DNA of 64,000 nt from Candidatus Nitrospinota bacterium M3_3B_026 (GCA_051418015.1 JBPRGF010000003.1:64001-128000); one strand, 5' to 3'; positions 31,374 through 43,047 are shown, counted from the first letter of the stretch. The notes: generated by a model not told the origin, from the sequence alone. Program-made: numbers and translations.

Positions 31374-31543
31374 AAACCGGCGTGGACGGCAACTCCCGTG
31401 ATAACAACATGTTGTCTCCATGACGGGAGACGCCGCGGGCGTGGGCTCTGCGGGCTTGGGCAAATCTTTCCCACCCGCCGTGGGCATGACTGCCGGGACG
31501 GCGCCATTTTGGCGGCGGCCTGCGCGCCGGGCTTCGGGGAATA

Positions 31544-31577
31544 ATACTTGACAAGAAAGGTAGGTTATACGTAAGAT
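31544..31577 (+). promoter_or_regulatory. sigma70 promoter overlapped by IscR/Rrf2-type operator
   Basis: TTGACA (31548)-18 bp-TAAGAT; 25-mer ATACTTGACAAGAAAGGTAGGTTAT resembles IscR type-1 site. Confidence 0.6.
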
Positions 31578-31633
31578 CGCTAAAACAAAGCGATTGAGGC
31601 GCCGGTGAAAACCGGGTAAACTTCCAAGTTTAC

Positions 31634-31676
31634 GCGCCGCGGTTTTGGATTTTTCAGGTCTGCGCGGCGTTTTTTT
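31634..31676 (+). terminator. Terminator-like hairpin in thrC leader
   Basis: cgccgcg...cgcggcg followed by T7. Confidence 0.5.
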
Positions 31677-31705
31677 GATCCACGCGGCGTTTTGGATTTT
31701 GGCGT

Positions 31706-32935
31706 ATGAGTTTCGTTCTTGGTTTACGGTGCAGGGAGTGCGGCAGGGAGTACCCTTCCGAGCCGACCCACGTCTGCGAGTTCTGCTTCGGGCCGCTCGA
31801 GGTCCGCTACGACTACGACGGGATCAAGCGCGTCCTGACCCGCGAGGTCATAGAGTCCCGCCCGGCCACGATGTGGCGCTACCGCGAGCTTATCCCGATA
31901 GACGGCGAGCCGACGGTGGGGCTGGAGAACGGCTTCACGCCGCTGATCCGGGCGAAGAACCTCGGCGAGGCGCTGGGCCTTTCGAACCTCTATATAAAGA
32001 ACGACGCCGTGAGCCACCCCACCTTGAGCTTCAAGGACAGGGTGGTGGCCGCCGCCGTGAACAAGGCCAGGGAGTTCGGCTACGACACGATCGCCTGCGC
32101 CTCCACGGGGAACCTGGCCAACTCCGTCGCCGCCCACGCCGCCAGCGCTGGCATGAAAAGCTACATCTTCATCCCCCACGACCTGGAGACGAGCAAGGTC
32201 CTGGGCACGAGCGTCTACGGGCCGAAGGTGATCGCCATAAAAGGCTCCTACGACGACGTGAACAGGTTCTGCTCCGAGGTGGCGGCGGTTTTCAAGTGGG
32301 CGTTCGTGAACATCAACATCCGGCCATACTACGGCGACGGGTCGAAGACTTTTGGATACGAGATCGCCGAGCAGCTCGGCTGGCGCGCGCCGGACAACGT
32401 CGTCGTCCCCGTGGCCGGGTCGAGCCTGATAACGAAGATACACAAAGCCTTCAAGGAGTTCGAGCTGCTCGGGCTGATCCCCGAAGCGAAAACGAAAGTC
32501 TTCGCCGCCCAGGCCACCGGCTGCTCTCCCGTCACCACGGCGATCAAGGAGGGCCGGGACGATTTCAAGCCGGTAAAGCCGAACACCATCGCCAAGTCGA
32601 TAGCCATCGGCAACCCCGCCGACGGCTACTACGGGATAAAGGTCGTGCGCGAGACCGGCGGCTGGGGCGAGGACGTGACCGACGAGGAGCTCGTCGAGGG
32701 GATGCTGCTTCTGGCCAGGACGGAAGGAGTCTTCACGGAGACCGCGGGGGGTGTGACGGTGGCGGTGACGAAGAAGCTTGTCGAGCAGGGCAGGATCGGG
32801 AAAGACGAGCTGACGGTGGTATCGATCACCGGCCAGGGGCTGAAGACGAGGGAGGCTGTCGAAAGCCGCCTGAAAGCGCCGACGGTGATAGAGCCGAAGC
32901 TCTCGGAGTTCGAGAAGATACAGGAGAACCTATAA
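31706..32935 (+). CDS. thrC: Threonine synthase-like PLP enzyme
   Basis: N-terminal CxxC..CxxC, PTLSFKDR, CASTGN, SIAIGNP. Confidence 0.9.
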   Translation: MSFVLGLRCRECGREYPSEPTHVCEFCFGPLEVRYDYDGIKRVLTREVIESRPATMWRYRELIPIDGEPTVGLENGFTPLIRAKNLGEALGLSNLYIKNDAVSHPTLSFKDRVVAAAVNKAREFGYDTIACASTGNLANSVAAHAASAGMKSYIFIPHDLETSKVLGTSVYGPKVIAIKGSYDDVNRFCSEVAAVFKWAFVNINIRPYYGDGSKTFGYEIAEQLGWRAPDNVVVPVAGSSLITKIHKAFKEFELLGLIPEAKTKVFAAQATGCSPVTTAIKEGRDDFKPVKPNTIAKSIAIGNPADGYYGIKVVRETGGWGEDVTDEELVEGMLLLARTEGVFTETAGGVTVAVTKKLVEQGRIGKDELTVVSITGQGLKTREAVESRLKAPTVIEPKLSEFEKIQENL

Positions 32936-32960
32936 AGAGGAAAAGGGAGAGTTTTCGAAG

Positions 32961-33245
32961 ATGGCGAAGGTGAAGGTAAGAATCCCGACCCCGTTGCAGA
33001 AGCTCACCGGCGGCAAGGGAGAGGTCGAATGCGAAGGGGTGACCATCCGCGAGATGTTCGCCGCCCTGGAGAAAAGCTATCCCGGCGTCAAGGAGAGGCT
33101 CTACGACGAGGAGGGCAAGCTCCGGCGGTTCATCAACATATACGTGAACGAAGAGGACATAAGGTTCCTGGACGGCGAGGATACGAGCCTGAGCGAGGGC
33201 GACGACGTCTCCGTGATCCCCGCGATCGCCGGGGGCGGGGCCTGA
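32961..33245 (+). CDS. MoaD/ThiS/CysO-like ubiquitin-like sulfur carrier
   Basis: VRIPTPL, FINIYVNEEDIRF, ends PAIAGGGA. Confidence 0.93.
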   Translation: MAKVKVRIPTPLQKLTGGKGEVECEGVTIREMFAALEKSYPGVKERLYDEEGKLRRFINIYVNEEDIRFLDGEDTSLSEGDDVSVIPAIAGGGA

Positions 33246-33270
33246 TTGAAAGACATTTAGAGAGGCAGCC

Positions 33271-34089
33271 ATGGTGGAGCTGAACGAGGAACAGATATAC
33301 CGCTACAGCCGCCACATAATCCTCCCCGAGGTGGGAGGCGTGGGCCAGAAGAAGCTGCTGGAGGCGCGCGTGCTGCTGCTCGGCGCGGGGGGCCTTGGCG
33401 CGCCGGCGCTCATGTACCTTGCCGCGGCGGGGGTCGGGAAGATCGGCGTGGTGGACTTCGACAAGGTGGACATGACCAACCTCCAGCGCCAGGTGATCCA
33501 CGGCTCCGACACCGTGGGCGAGCTGAAGGTGGAGTCGGCCAGGCGCTTCGTGGAAAAGCTCAACCCCGACGTGAAGGTGGACCCCATAAACGCGCGGCTG
33601 ACGTCGGAGAACGTCATGGATATTATCTCCGGCTACGACATCGTCGTGGACGGGTGCGACAACTTCCCCACCCGCTACCTGGTCAACGACGCCTGCGTCA
33701 TGACCGGCAAGGCCAACGTCCACGGCTCCATATTCCGGTTCGACGGCCAGGTGACCGTCTTCAAGCCGAAGGAGGGGCCCTGCTACCGGTGCCTTTACCC
33801 CGAGCCTCCGCCTCCGGGGATGGTGCCGAGCTGCCAGGAGGCCGGCGTCCTCGGCGCGCTGCCGGGCGTCGTGGGGACGCTGCAGGCGATCGAGGCGATA
33901 AAGCTGATAATCGGCAAGGGGGAGCCCTTGATCGGCAAGCTGCTTTTGTACAACGCGCTGCACGCCGAGTTCAGGAAGCTGAACATCCGGCGGGACGCGG
34001 ACTGCCCCGTCTGCGGCGACAACCCGACGGTGACGGAGCTTATAGACTATAACGAGTTCTGCGGCGTCCCCGCGCCCGAGGGGGGCTGA
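33271..34089 (+). CDS. moeB: MoeB/ThiF family adenylyltransferase (no rhodanese domain)
   Basis: RYSRH, GAGGLG, NLQRQ, DNFPTR, CYRC, CPVC. Confidence 0.93.
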   Translation: MVELNEEQIYRYSRHIILPEVGGVGQKKLLEARVLLLGAGGLGAPALMYLAAAGVGKIGVVDFDKVDMTNLQRQVIHGSDTVGELKVESARRFVEKLNPDVKVDPINARLTSENVMDIISGYDIVVDGCDNFPTRYLVNDACVMTGKANVHGSIFRFDGQVTVFKPKEGPCYRCLYPEPPPPGMVPSCQEAGVLGALPGVVGTLQAIEAIKLIIGKGEPLIGKLLLYNALHAEFRKLNIRRDADCPVCGDNPTVTELIDYNEFCGVPAPEGG

Positions 34090-34097
34090 CGGGACCG

Positions 34098-34403
34098 ATG
34101 AGGCTTCTGATGGTGATACACACCGGGCCGTTTCACGACAACACCGGCAGCCTGGTGGGCATTGGCCGCGCGGCGGCGGCGAAGGGGGCGCAGGTGACCG
34201 TCTTCGCCATGTCCGAAGGCGTCACAAACCTTGCGCGGGCGGACTTCGCCGGCCTGGTGAAAGAGGGAGTGAAGCTGATCGTGTGCGACAAGAACCGGCA
34301 GGAGCTTTCCGCCCCCGGCGATCTGCCCGGCGTCCATTACGGCAGCCAGTACGACCTCGCCGAACACATGGCCGACAGCGACCGGTTGATAAGTTTTACG
34401 TGA
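34098..34403 (+). CDS. DsrE/TusD-like sulfurtransferase
   Basis: VTVFAMSEGV, LIVC cysteine, GSQYDLA...SDRLISF. Confidence 0.75.
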   Translation: MRLLMVIHTGPFHDNTGSLVGIGRAAAAKGAQVTVFAMSEGVTNLARADFAGLVKEGVKLIVCDKNRQELSAPGDLPGVHYGSQYDLAEHMADSDRLISFT

Positions 34404-34411
34404 GGTGAAAG

Positions 34412-34747
34412 ATGCCTGACGTGGTGGTGACGATACGCGAGGCGCCCTCCGGGCGCGTGGCGGAGAAGCTGCGGATGGCTGTGGGGCTGACGCTGGTGGA
34501 CGACAACCGCGTCAGCGCGCTGCTGATCGGCGACGGCGTCTGGGCCGGGCTTGGGACGGACCCGGAGCGCTCCGGCCTGGAGATAGACAAACATCTTGAG
34601 ACCCTCAGCGTCCTGGGGGCGAAGATACTGGCCCACGCCCCCTCCGCCGAGACGCGCGGTGTGGCATACGAGAAATTCGGAATAGGAATGCTCGACGACG
34701 GGCAGGTTTCGAGCCTGTTGAAGGCGGAGAACACGATTATAGTGTGA
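34412..34747 (+). CDS. DsrF/TusC-like protein
   Basis: AEKLRMAVGL, LLIGDGVW, SAETRGV. Confidence 0.7.
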   Translation: MPDVVVTIREAPSGRVAEKLRMAVGLTLVDDNRVSALLIGDGVWAGLGTDPERSGLEIDKHLETLSVLGAKILAHAPSAETRGVAYEKFGIGMLDDGQVSSLLKAENTIIV

Positions 34748-34792
34748 CGAAGGATGATGTCATTTAGATAGAGGGGAACGATACAGCAAGTC

Positions 34793-35749
34793 ATGTCGAA
34801 GTTAACGCCGACGGCCACGATCAACCTGGAACAGATCAGCGAGGACGCCCTGAAGAAGATCGGGAACACCCCCCTTCTTCGCCTTGAGAAGATCGAGAAG
34901 GAGTGTTGTCCGGGCGTTGAGATCTGGGGCAAGGCGGAATGGTACAACGCCAGCGGGTCCGTGAAGGCGCGGCCCGCGCTGCGGATGATCGAGCAGGGGG
35001 AGAAGACCGGCGAGCTCAAACCCGGCATGACGATACTGGACTCCACCTCCGGCAACACCGGCGTGGCCTACGCGCTGATCGGCCTGGCCAAGGGCTACAA
35101 AGTGAAGCTCGTGATGCCCGCGAACGTTTGCAATGAACGCAAGCAGCTTATGGCGAGCGGCTACAAGGCGGAGGTTGTCTACTCCGACGCCATGGCCGGC
35201 TCCGACGGGGCCATAGAGCTTTGCCGCGAGATATACGAGAAAGACCCGGACAAATATTTCTGGCCGGACCAGTACAACAACCCCGAGAACTGGCGGGCGC
35301 ACTACCACACCACCGCCAGGGAGATATGGGAGCAGACGAAAGGAAGGGTGACGCATTTCCTGGCGGGGATAGGCACCTCCGGCACCGTGATGGGGACGTC
35401 GCGGGGGCTGAAGGAGCGCAATCCGGCCATAAAGTGCTACGCCGTGGAACCCACCGAGTCGCTGCACGGCATCGAGGGACTCAAGCACATGGCCACCTCC
35501 ATCGTCCCTTCCATATACAATGAGAAGGAGCTGGACGGCAAGATAAGCGTGAAGACCGAGGAGGCCTACGAGATGGTGACGCGGATATTCGAGGAGGAGG
35601 GCCTGCTCGTCGGCTCCAGCTCCGGCGCGGCCGTGGCGGCGGCGGTGAAGCTTTGCAAGACGCTCAGCGAGGGCGTGATAGTGACCGTGCTGCCCGACTC
35701 CTGCGAGTGCGAGGCGACCCACGGGGAGTTCCCGCCATGCCGGAGGTGA
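34793..35749 (+). CDS. Cysteine synthase family PLP enzyme (CysM-like)
   Basis: IGNTPL, GSVK, STSGNTG, DQYNN, GTSGT, HGIEG. Confidence 0.92.
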   Translation: MSKLTPTATINLEQISEDALKKIGNTPLLRLEKIEKECCPGVEIWGKAEWYNASGSVKARPALRMIEQGEKTGELKPGMTILDSTSGNTGVAYALIGLAKGYKVKLVMPANVCNERKQLMASGYKAEVVYSDAMAGSDGAIELCREIYEKDPDKYFWPDQYNNPENWRAHYHTTAREIWEQTKGRVTHFLAGIGTSGTVMGTSRGLKERNPAIKCYAVEPTESLHGIEGLKHMATSIVPSIYNEKELDGKISVKTEEAYEMVTRIFEEEGLLVGSSSGAAVAAAVKLCKTLSEGVIVTVLPDSCECEATHGEFPPCRR

Positions 35750-36021
35750 AGACGCTGGTCCTGGTAACGAGGCCCGTGGACCCCCGGGCGGACGAGACGG
35801 CCAGGCTCGTCCTGGAGACGGCGGACGAGATCGCGCTGATCCAGTCCGGCGTCTATAATGACATCGAGCGGATGAGGCGGGAGGGCCTGTCCTTTTCCGG
35901 GCGGGTGATCGCCCTCGAGGAGGACGTCCGGGCGCGCAGGGTCGAGGCGGGCGCGGACCTTGTCCACCACGACGGCCTCGTGGAGGCGATAGAGAGAAAC
36001 GACAAGGTTGTCACCATATAG
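35737..36021 (+). CDS. DsrH/TusB-like protein
   Basis: LIQSGVY, ALEEDVRAR, GLVEAIE...VVT; ATG 35737 with GGGGAG RBS. Confidence 0.72.
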   Translation: MPEVKTLVLVTRPVDPRADETARLVLETADEIALIQSGVYNDIERMRREGLSFSGRVIALEEDVRARRVEAGADLVHHDGLVEAIERNDKVVTI

Positions 36022-36040
36022 ATCGCTGGAGACAGGATAG

Positions 36041-36280
36041 ATGACCGTTCAGGCGGACGAGGAGATCGACATCCGGGGGGAGGTGTGCCCTTACACCTTC
36101 GTGAAATCGAAGCTGAAGATCGAGACGATGGAGTCCGGCCAGGTTCTAAGGGTCGTGACCGACCACGAGCCCGCGACGCGCAACGTCCCCCGCAGCATGG
36201 AAAGCGAGGGGCACGAGATACTGGTCGCCCCGCACAAGATAAACGAGACCGACTGGGAGTTTTTCGTCAAGAAGAACTGA
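36041..36280 (+). CDS. TusA/SirA family sulfurtransferase
   Basis: DIRGEVCPY motif, GQVLRVVTD. Confidence 0.93.
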   Translation: MTVQADEEIDIRGEVCPYTFVKSKLKIETMESGQVLRVVTDHEPATRNVPRSMESEGHEILVAPHKINETDWEFFVKKN

Positions 36281-36410
36281 CCCCCTGCGGAAGGTTTTTT
36301 GAGGCTGGAGTCCGAAACTGGTACGAAGCCGAGACAATCATAAAAAACTCCCCTACCACCGTGGAAGGGGAGTTAAAAAAAGAGCGGCGGAGGCCCCCGC
36401 CGCTTCGGCG

Positions 36411-36487
36411 TTGTCATGCTGGGCGTCAGCGAAGCGTCCCGCGCGGATGAAAATCGGGATTCTTCGGCTTTCGCCCCGGAATGACAA
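36411..36487. repeat. Palindromic repeat, family B
   Basis: ttgtcatgc...gattcttcggctttcgccccggaatgacaa. Confidence 0.7.
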
Positions 36488-36550
36488 CCAATGTCGTTCC
36501 AGGCGGAGCGGAGAATCCCATGGGTTCCAGCCCCGCGGAAAGGTCACAAA

Positions 36551-37045
36551 ATGAGTGAGCGATATTTTTCGATACTGTTCCCGGAGGGGATCGTCCGCGA
36601 GCCGGTGATCTACTCCCTGGTGAAGCGGTACGGCCTGACGACGAACATATACCGCGCCTCCGTCACGGCCGCGGGCGGCTGGATACTGGCCAGCATCGTC
36701 GGCCCCGGCGATGTCATAGACTCCGCCATACTGGACATCAAGTGCCGCGGCGGCCTGCCCCACGAGGGAGACAGGAGCATCCTGTCGATGAAAAGCCCCC
36801 CCCGGCTCTCCGCCATAAAGGTTCGGCTTTCCATTCCGGCGGACAGGGTGGAGGAGCCGACGATCAGCGAGATGATAAAGGATTTCGACGTGGTGATAAA
36901 CATCCGCCAAGCGGACATAGGCCCCGACAGCGGCGTCATGGAGATGGAGATATCCGGCGCCCTGGAGGCCATCGACCGCGCCGTGGATTTCATCAAGAAA
37001 AAGGGGATCGACGTGAGCCCCATAGAAGGCAACGTGATCGAATGA
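36551..37045 (+). CDS. Tandem NIL-domain protein
   Basis: Two repeats: EPVIYSLVK.YGL.TNIYRA and EPTISEMIKDFDVVINIRQA; ends SPIEGNVIE. Confidence 0.82.
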   Translation: MSERYFSILFPEGIVREPVIYSLVKRYGLTTNIYRASVTAAGGWILASIVGPGDVIDSAILDIKCRGGLPHEGDRSILSMKSPPRLSAIKVRLSIPADRVEEPTISEMIKDFDVVINIRQADIGPDSGVMEMEISGALEAIDRAVDFIKKKGIDVSPIEGNVIE

Positions 37046-37497
37046 GGATATCCACCAAGGGCCACTACGCCGTGCAGGCCATCGTGGACATCGCCATGAA
37101 AGGCGGCGGCGCGCCCGTCTCGCTGGGGCTGATCGCCCAGAGACAGGAGCTTTCGCAAAACTACCTGGAGCAGCTTTTCGTGAAGCTTCGCAAGGCGGAC
37201 CTCGTCCGGTCGGTCCGCGGCCCCGGCGGGGGATACATGCTCGCCCGCGGCCCGTCACAGATCACCATCGGCCAGATATTCGCCGCGGTGGACGAAAGCC
37301 TCACGCTCATAGAGTGCGCCGGCGAGACGGCGGCGGGCGAGGAGGGCTTTTGCTCCAGGGCCGACGACTGCGTGACCCAGGCGCTCTGGTCGAAGCTGTG
37401 CCAGCACTTCAACAGCCTGCTTTTCTCCATCACCATAAACGACGTCATCAGAGGCGAGATAGAGCTGCCCGCCCCGGCCGGGTCCGGCCATCCCTAA
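37042..37497 (+). CDS. Rrf2 family transcriptional regulator (IscR-like, clustered Cys)
   Basis: MRISTKGHYA, YLEQLF, SVRGPGGGY, three clustered C-terminal Cys; ATGA overlap with upstream gene. Confidence 0.93.
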   Translation: MRISTKGHYAVQAIVDIAMKGGGAPVSLGLIAQRQELSQNYLEQLFVKLRKADLVRSVRGPGGGYMLARGPSQITIGQIFAAVDESLTLIECAGETAAGEEGFCSRADDCVTQALWSKLCQHFNSLLFSITINDVIRGEIELPAPAGSGHP

Positions 37498-37667
37498 TCC
37501 GCCCGCTCCCCGCGCCGCCGCGCCGGAATTCCCAAGATACACAAACCGCAGAACGCGGATTTTCAACGCCTTAAAAATCACCCTGAAAACCTCCTGTTTT
37601 CGTCTTGACCGGCGGTTTTTCAGGACATACAATCTAGCTTTTCCCGACTGTTCCAAACGTTATTGAT

Positions 37668-39005
37668 ATGCCTTCACACCGCCTCTGGGCGCAGCTAAAG
37701 GACACCCTGAAGGAAAAGCTCAACCCTCACAACTACGAGTCCTGGATAGAGCCCGTCGACGTCGTCTCTTTCAAGGGCAAAGAGCTTGCCCTGTCCGTTC
37801 CCTCCACCTTCTTCATAGAGTGGATAGAGGAGCATTACCGGGAGATAATGGAAAAAACCCTGTCGGAGATGACCGGCGGCGATGTGAAAATCAGCCTGGT
37901 GGTCGCGAACAGGAAAAACGGAGCTGACGGAGGAGCCCGGCCAGCGACGGCGCAAGACCCGGACGTCATCAGCCAGGCGAGGGCGAGGGCGAACCTGAAC
38001 GAAAAATACACCTTCGCCAATTTCGTCGTCGGCAAGAGCAACGAATTCTCCAACGCCTCCGCCAGAGCCGTGACCAAAAAGATCGGCGAGGCCTACAACC
38101 CCCTTTTCATATACGGGGGCGTGGGCCTCGGCAAGACGCATCTCATGCAGGCCATAGGCAACGAGGCGCTGGAGAAAAACCCGGCCCTGAACGTCCTGTA
38201 TATAAGCTCTGAAAAGTTCGTAAACAAGCTCATCAGCGCCATCCAGCGCGGCTCCATGGCCGCCTTCAGAAAAAGGTTCAGGAGCCTGGACCTTTTACTG
38301 GTCGACGACGTGCAATTTATAGGCGGAAAGGAGAGGACCCAGGAGGAGTTTTTCCACACCTTCAACTCCCTCTTCGAGATGAAAAAACAAATTGTAATAT
38401 CCTCTGACAAATTCCCGAGGGATATAACGAACCTCGAGGAGCGTCTCCGGTCACGTTTCGCCTGGGGTCTCATCGCCGATATACAGCCGCCGGAGCTTGA
38501 GACCAAGATCGCCATACTCAAGAAGATAGCCCACCAGAACGGGTTCAGGCTGGACAGCGACGTGGCGGCGTATCTCGCCAACAAGATCAGATCAAACATA
38601 AGGGAGCTGGAAGGCTGCCTGGCCAGGGTGATGGCCTATGCCTCGCTGACGGGACAGGATATCAACATCGACATGGCCAAAGAGACCCTGAAGGGGATTT
38701 ACGACGACGCCACCAGGATGATCGATATCCGCCAGATACAAAAAGCCGTATGTGATTATTACAAAATAAAGGTCGTGGACCTGAAATCGAAAAATCGCTC
38801 GAAAAAGGTGATGATACCGCGCCATACGGCCGTATACCTGGCGCGGGAGTACACGAACACGTCTCTTCCGGAGATCGGAAGAGCTTTCGGGGGGAGAGAC
38901 CACACGACAGTTATGCACTCCATCAGGAAGATAAAGAAGGATATCGAGCAGGACACCAGGCTTTACAACGATATAAACGAGATCAAGAAGACTCTTGACC
39001 TGTAG
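37668..39005 (+). CDS. dnaA: Chromosomal replication initiator DnaA
   Basis: YTF.NFV, GGVGLGKTHL, DDVQF, RDHTTV. Confidence 0.99.
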   Translation: MPSHRLWAQLKDTLKEKLNPHNYESWIEPVDVVSFKGKELALSVPSTFFIEWIEEHYREIMEKTLSEMTGGDVKISLVVANRKNGADGGARPATAQDPDVISQARARANLNEKYTFANFVVGKSNEFSNASARAVTKKIGEAYNPLFIYGGVGLGKTHLMQAIGNEALEKNPALNVLYISSEKFVNKLISAIQRGSMAAFRKRFRSLDLLLVDDVQFIGGKERTQEEFFHTFNSLFEMKKQIVISSDKFPRDITNLEERLRSRFAWGLIADIQPPELETKIAILKKIAHQNGFRLDSDVAAYLANKIRSNIRELEGCLARVMAYASLTGQDINIDMAKETLKGIYDDATRMIDIRQIQKAVCDYYKIKVVDLKSKNRSKKVMIPRHTAVYLAREYTNTSLPEIGRAFGGRDHTTVMHSIRKIKKDIEQDTRLYNDINEIKKTLDL

Positions 39006-41578
<2,573 letters not shown>

Positions 41579-41611
41579 CAGGCGCGCTTTGAGCCGGGCC
41601 GTTTGCTGGAA

Positions 41612-42394
41612 ATGATGAAAAACACCCGTCGTCCCGCGCCTCTTCTCGCGCCTGTCTTTCTCATCGCCGCCGCGGCGGTCTTCGGCGCGCTCCTGGCCCC
41701 CCCGCCCGCCATCGCGCAGAAACCCCCCGCCGTCAGGCTCAAAGGGCCTTTCTGGACCCTGGAGGCGCCGTCGCCCGTCCGGGTGTTCATAGACCCCGCC
41801 CACGGCGGGACGGAGCTTGGCGCGCGCGGCCCGGCCATGACGCTGGAGAAGAACATCACGCTGAAAATAGCCCGCCTCACAGGACGCAGGCTCTCCGCGG
41901 ACGACAGGCTGGAGGTCGTCTTCTCACACCGGGAGGACGCCGGGATGACAATAACCGGCAGGATAGACAAGGCCAACTCCGCGCGGGCAAGGCTCTACCT
42001 GGGAATACACACGGGCGGCGGGAGAACCCCCTCCCGGGGCCCGATGAGAATTTTTATCAACAACGGCGATACCGCCGTCCCCACCGCGGGCGAAAAAGAC
42101 CCCATGACCCCCTGGGAGGAGCTGAACTCGCGTCACGCCGGGGAAAACAGGGAGCTTGCGGAGGCTGTCGCCGCGGAGCTTGAGAACATGGACAGGAAAA
42201 GGGGGGCAAGGATAATAAAAACAGGCAGGCTTTTTCTCGGCGGGCTCGACATGCCCGCCGTCATCGTGGAGCCGCTGGACCTTGCCAACCCCGAGGACGA
42301 GATCACCCTCGAGGATGGCGGCAGGCTCAAAAGGATCGCCGACGCCCTGGCTATGGGGATAATCGGCTTTCTGATGAAAACGGGGGAGCTGTGA
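41612..42394 (+). CDS. N-acetylmuramoyl-L-alanine amidase (Amidase_3)
   Basis: Signal peptide, IDPAHGG, EK, GIH, MPAVIVE. Confidence 0.85.
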   Translation: MMKNTRRPAPLLAPVFLIAAAAVFGALLAPPPAIAQKPPAVRLKGPFWTLEAPSPVRVFIDPAHGGTELGARGPAMTLEKNITLKIARLTGRRLSADDRLEVVFSHREDAGMTITGRIDKANSARARLYLGIHTGGGRTPSRGPMRIFINNGDTAVPTAGEKDPMTPWEELNSRHAGENRELAEAVAAELENMDRKRGARIIKTGRLFLGGLDMPAVIVEPLDLANPEDEITLEDGGRLKRIADALAMGIIGFLMKTGEL

Positions 42395-42474
42395 GGAGTA
42401 TTTCGCTTGCCGTTGCTATCCTGGGCCGAAGGCGAAGGATCTCATGACGCGCGAAACAGGGAGGACATGACGGC

Positions 42475-43047
42475 GTGAGAGGATACCTGAAATGGATCGC
42501 GCTGCTTGTCCTCCTCGCCGCCGCTGTCTGGCTTCTGCCCACGCCGGGCCGAACCCCGCGGACAGGTGAAAAAGCCTTAACCACCGCCGGCCCGGCCGAT
42601 GGCGAAGAGCCGGAAAACGTCGTCATCGAGGCCGTCCTGAGCCTTCCCGGCGACGGCTGGGATGGCCTCGCGGCGAAAACGGCGGAGATCGAGGCCGGGG
42701 CGGACCCCGCGGACAGGGTGGAGGCCGTCCTGCGGAAAATCCTGGAGGACCCGCAAAGCCCCCTGCCGGAGGAGACGCTGATACGGCAGGTGTTCGTCTA
42801 TGACGATGTCGCCGTCGTGTCGCTGGACGGCGCCTTCCGCGAAAAGTTCTGGGGAGGGCCCTGGCGGGAGCTGCTGGCGGTCTACAGCCTGGTGAACACG
42901 CTGACCGAAAACCTGGAGCGGATAGAAAAGGTCAGGATACTGATAGACGACCAGGAGGCGGAGGTCTTCGCAAGCCACGTGGACATCACGGAAGAGATAT
43001 CCCCCGATCAATCCTTCACCATCGAAAAAGAGGCGGCGGGGGCGTGA
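42475..43047 (+). CDS. GerMN domain protein
   Basis: ELLAVYSLVNTLT..., VRILID; position between amidase and murI. Confidence 0.85.
   Translation: MRGYLKWIALLVLLAAAVWLLPTPGRTPRTGEKALTTAGPADGEEPENVVIEAVLSLPGDGWDGLAAKTAEIEAGADPADRVEAVLRKILEDPQSPLPEETLIRQVFVYDDVAVVSLDGAFREKFWGGPWRELLAVYSLVNTLTENLERIEKVRILIDDQEAEVFASHVDITEEISPDQSFTIEKEAAGA

Noticed and set aside
34098..36280. Selenocysteine read-through at TGA stops in the sulfur cluster
   Set aside because: The TGA codons fall at natural domain ends, and the catalytic positions are ordinary Cys.
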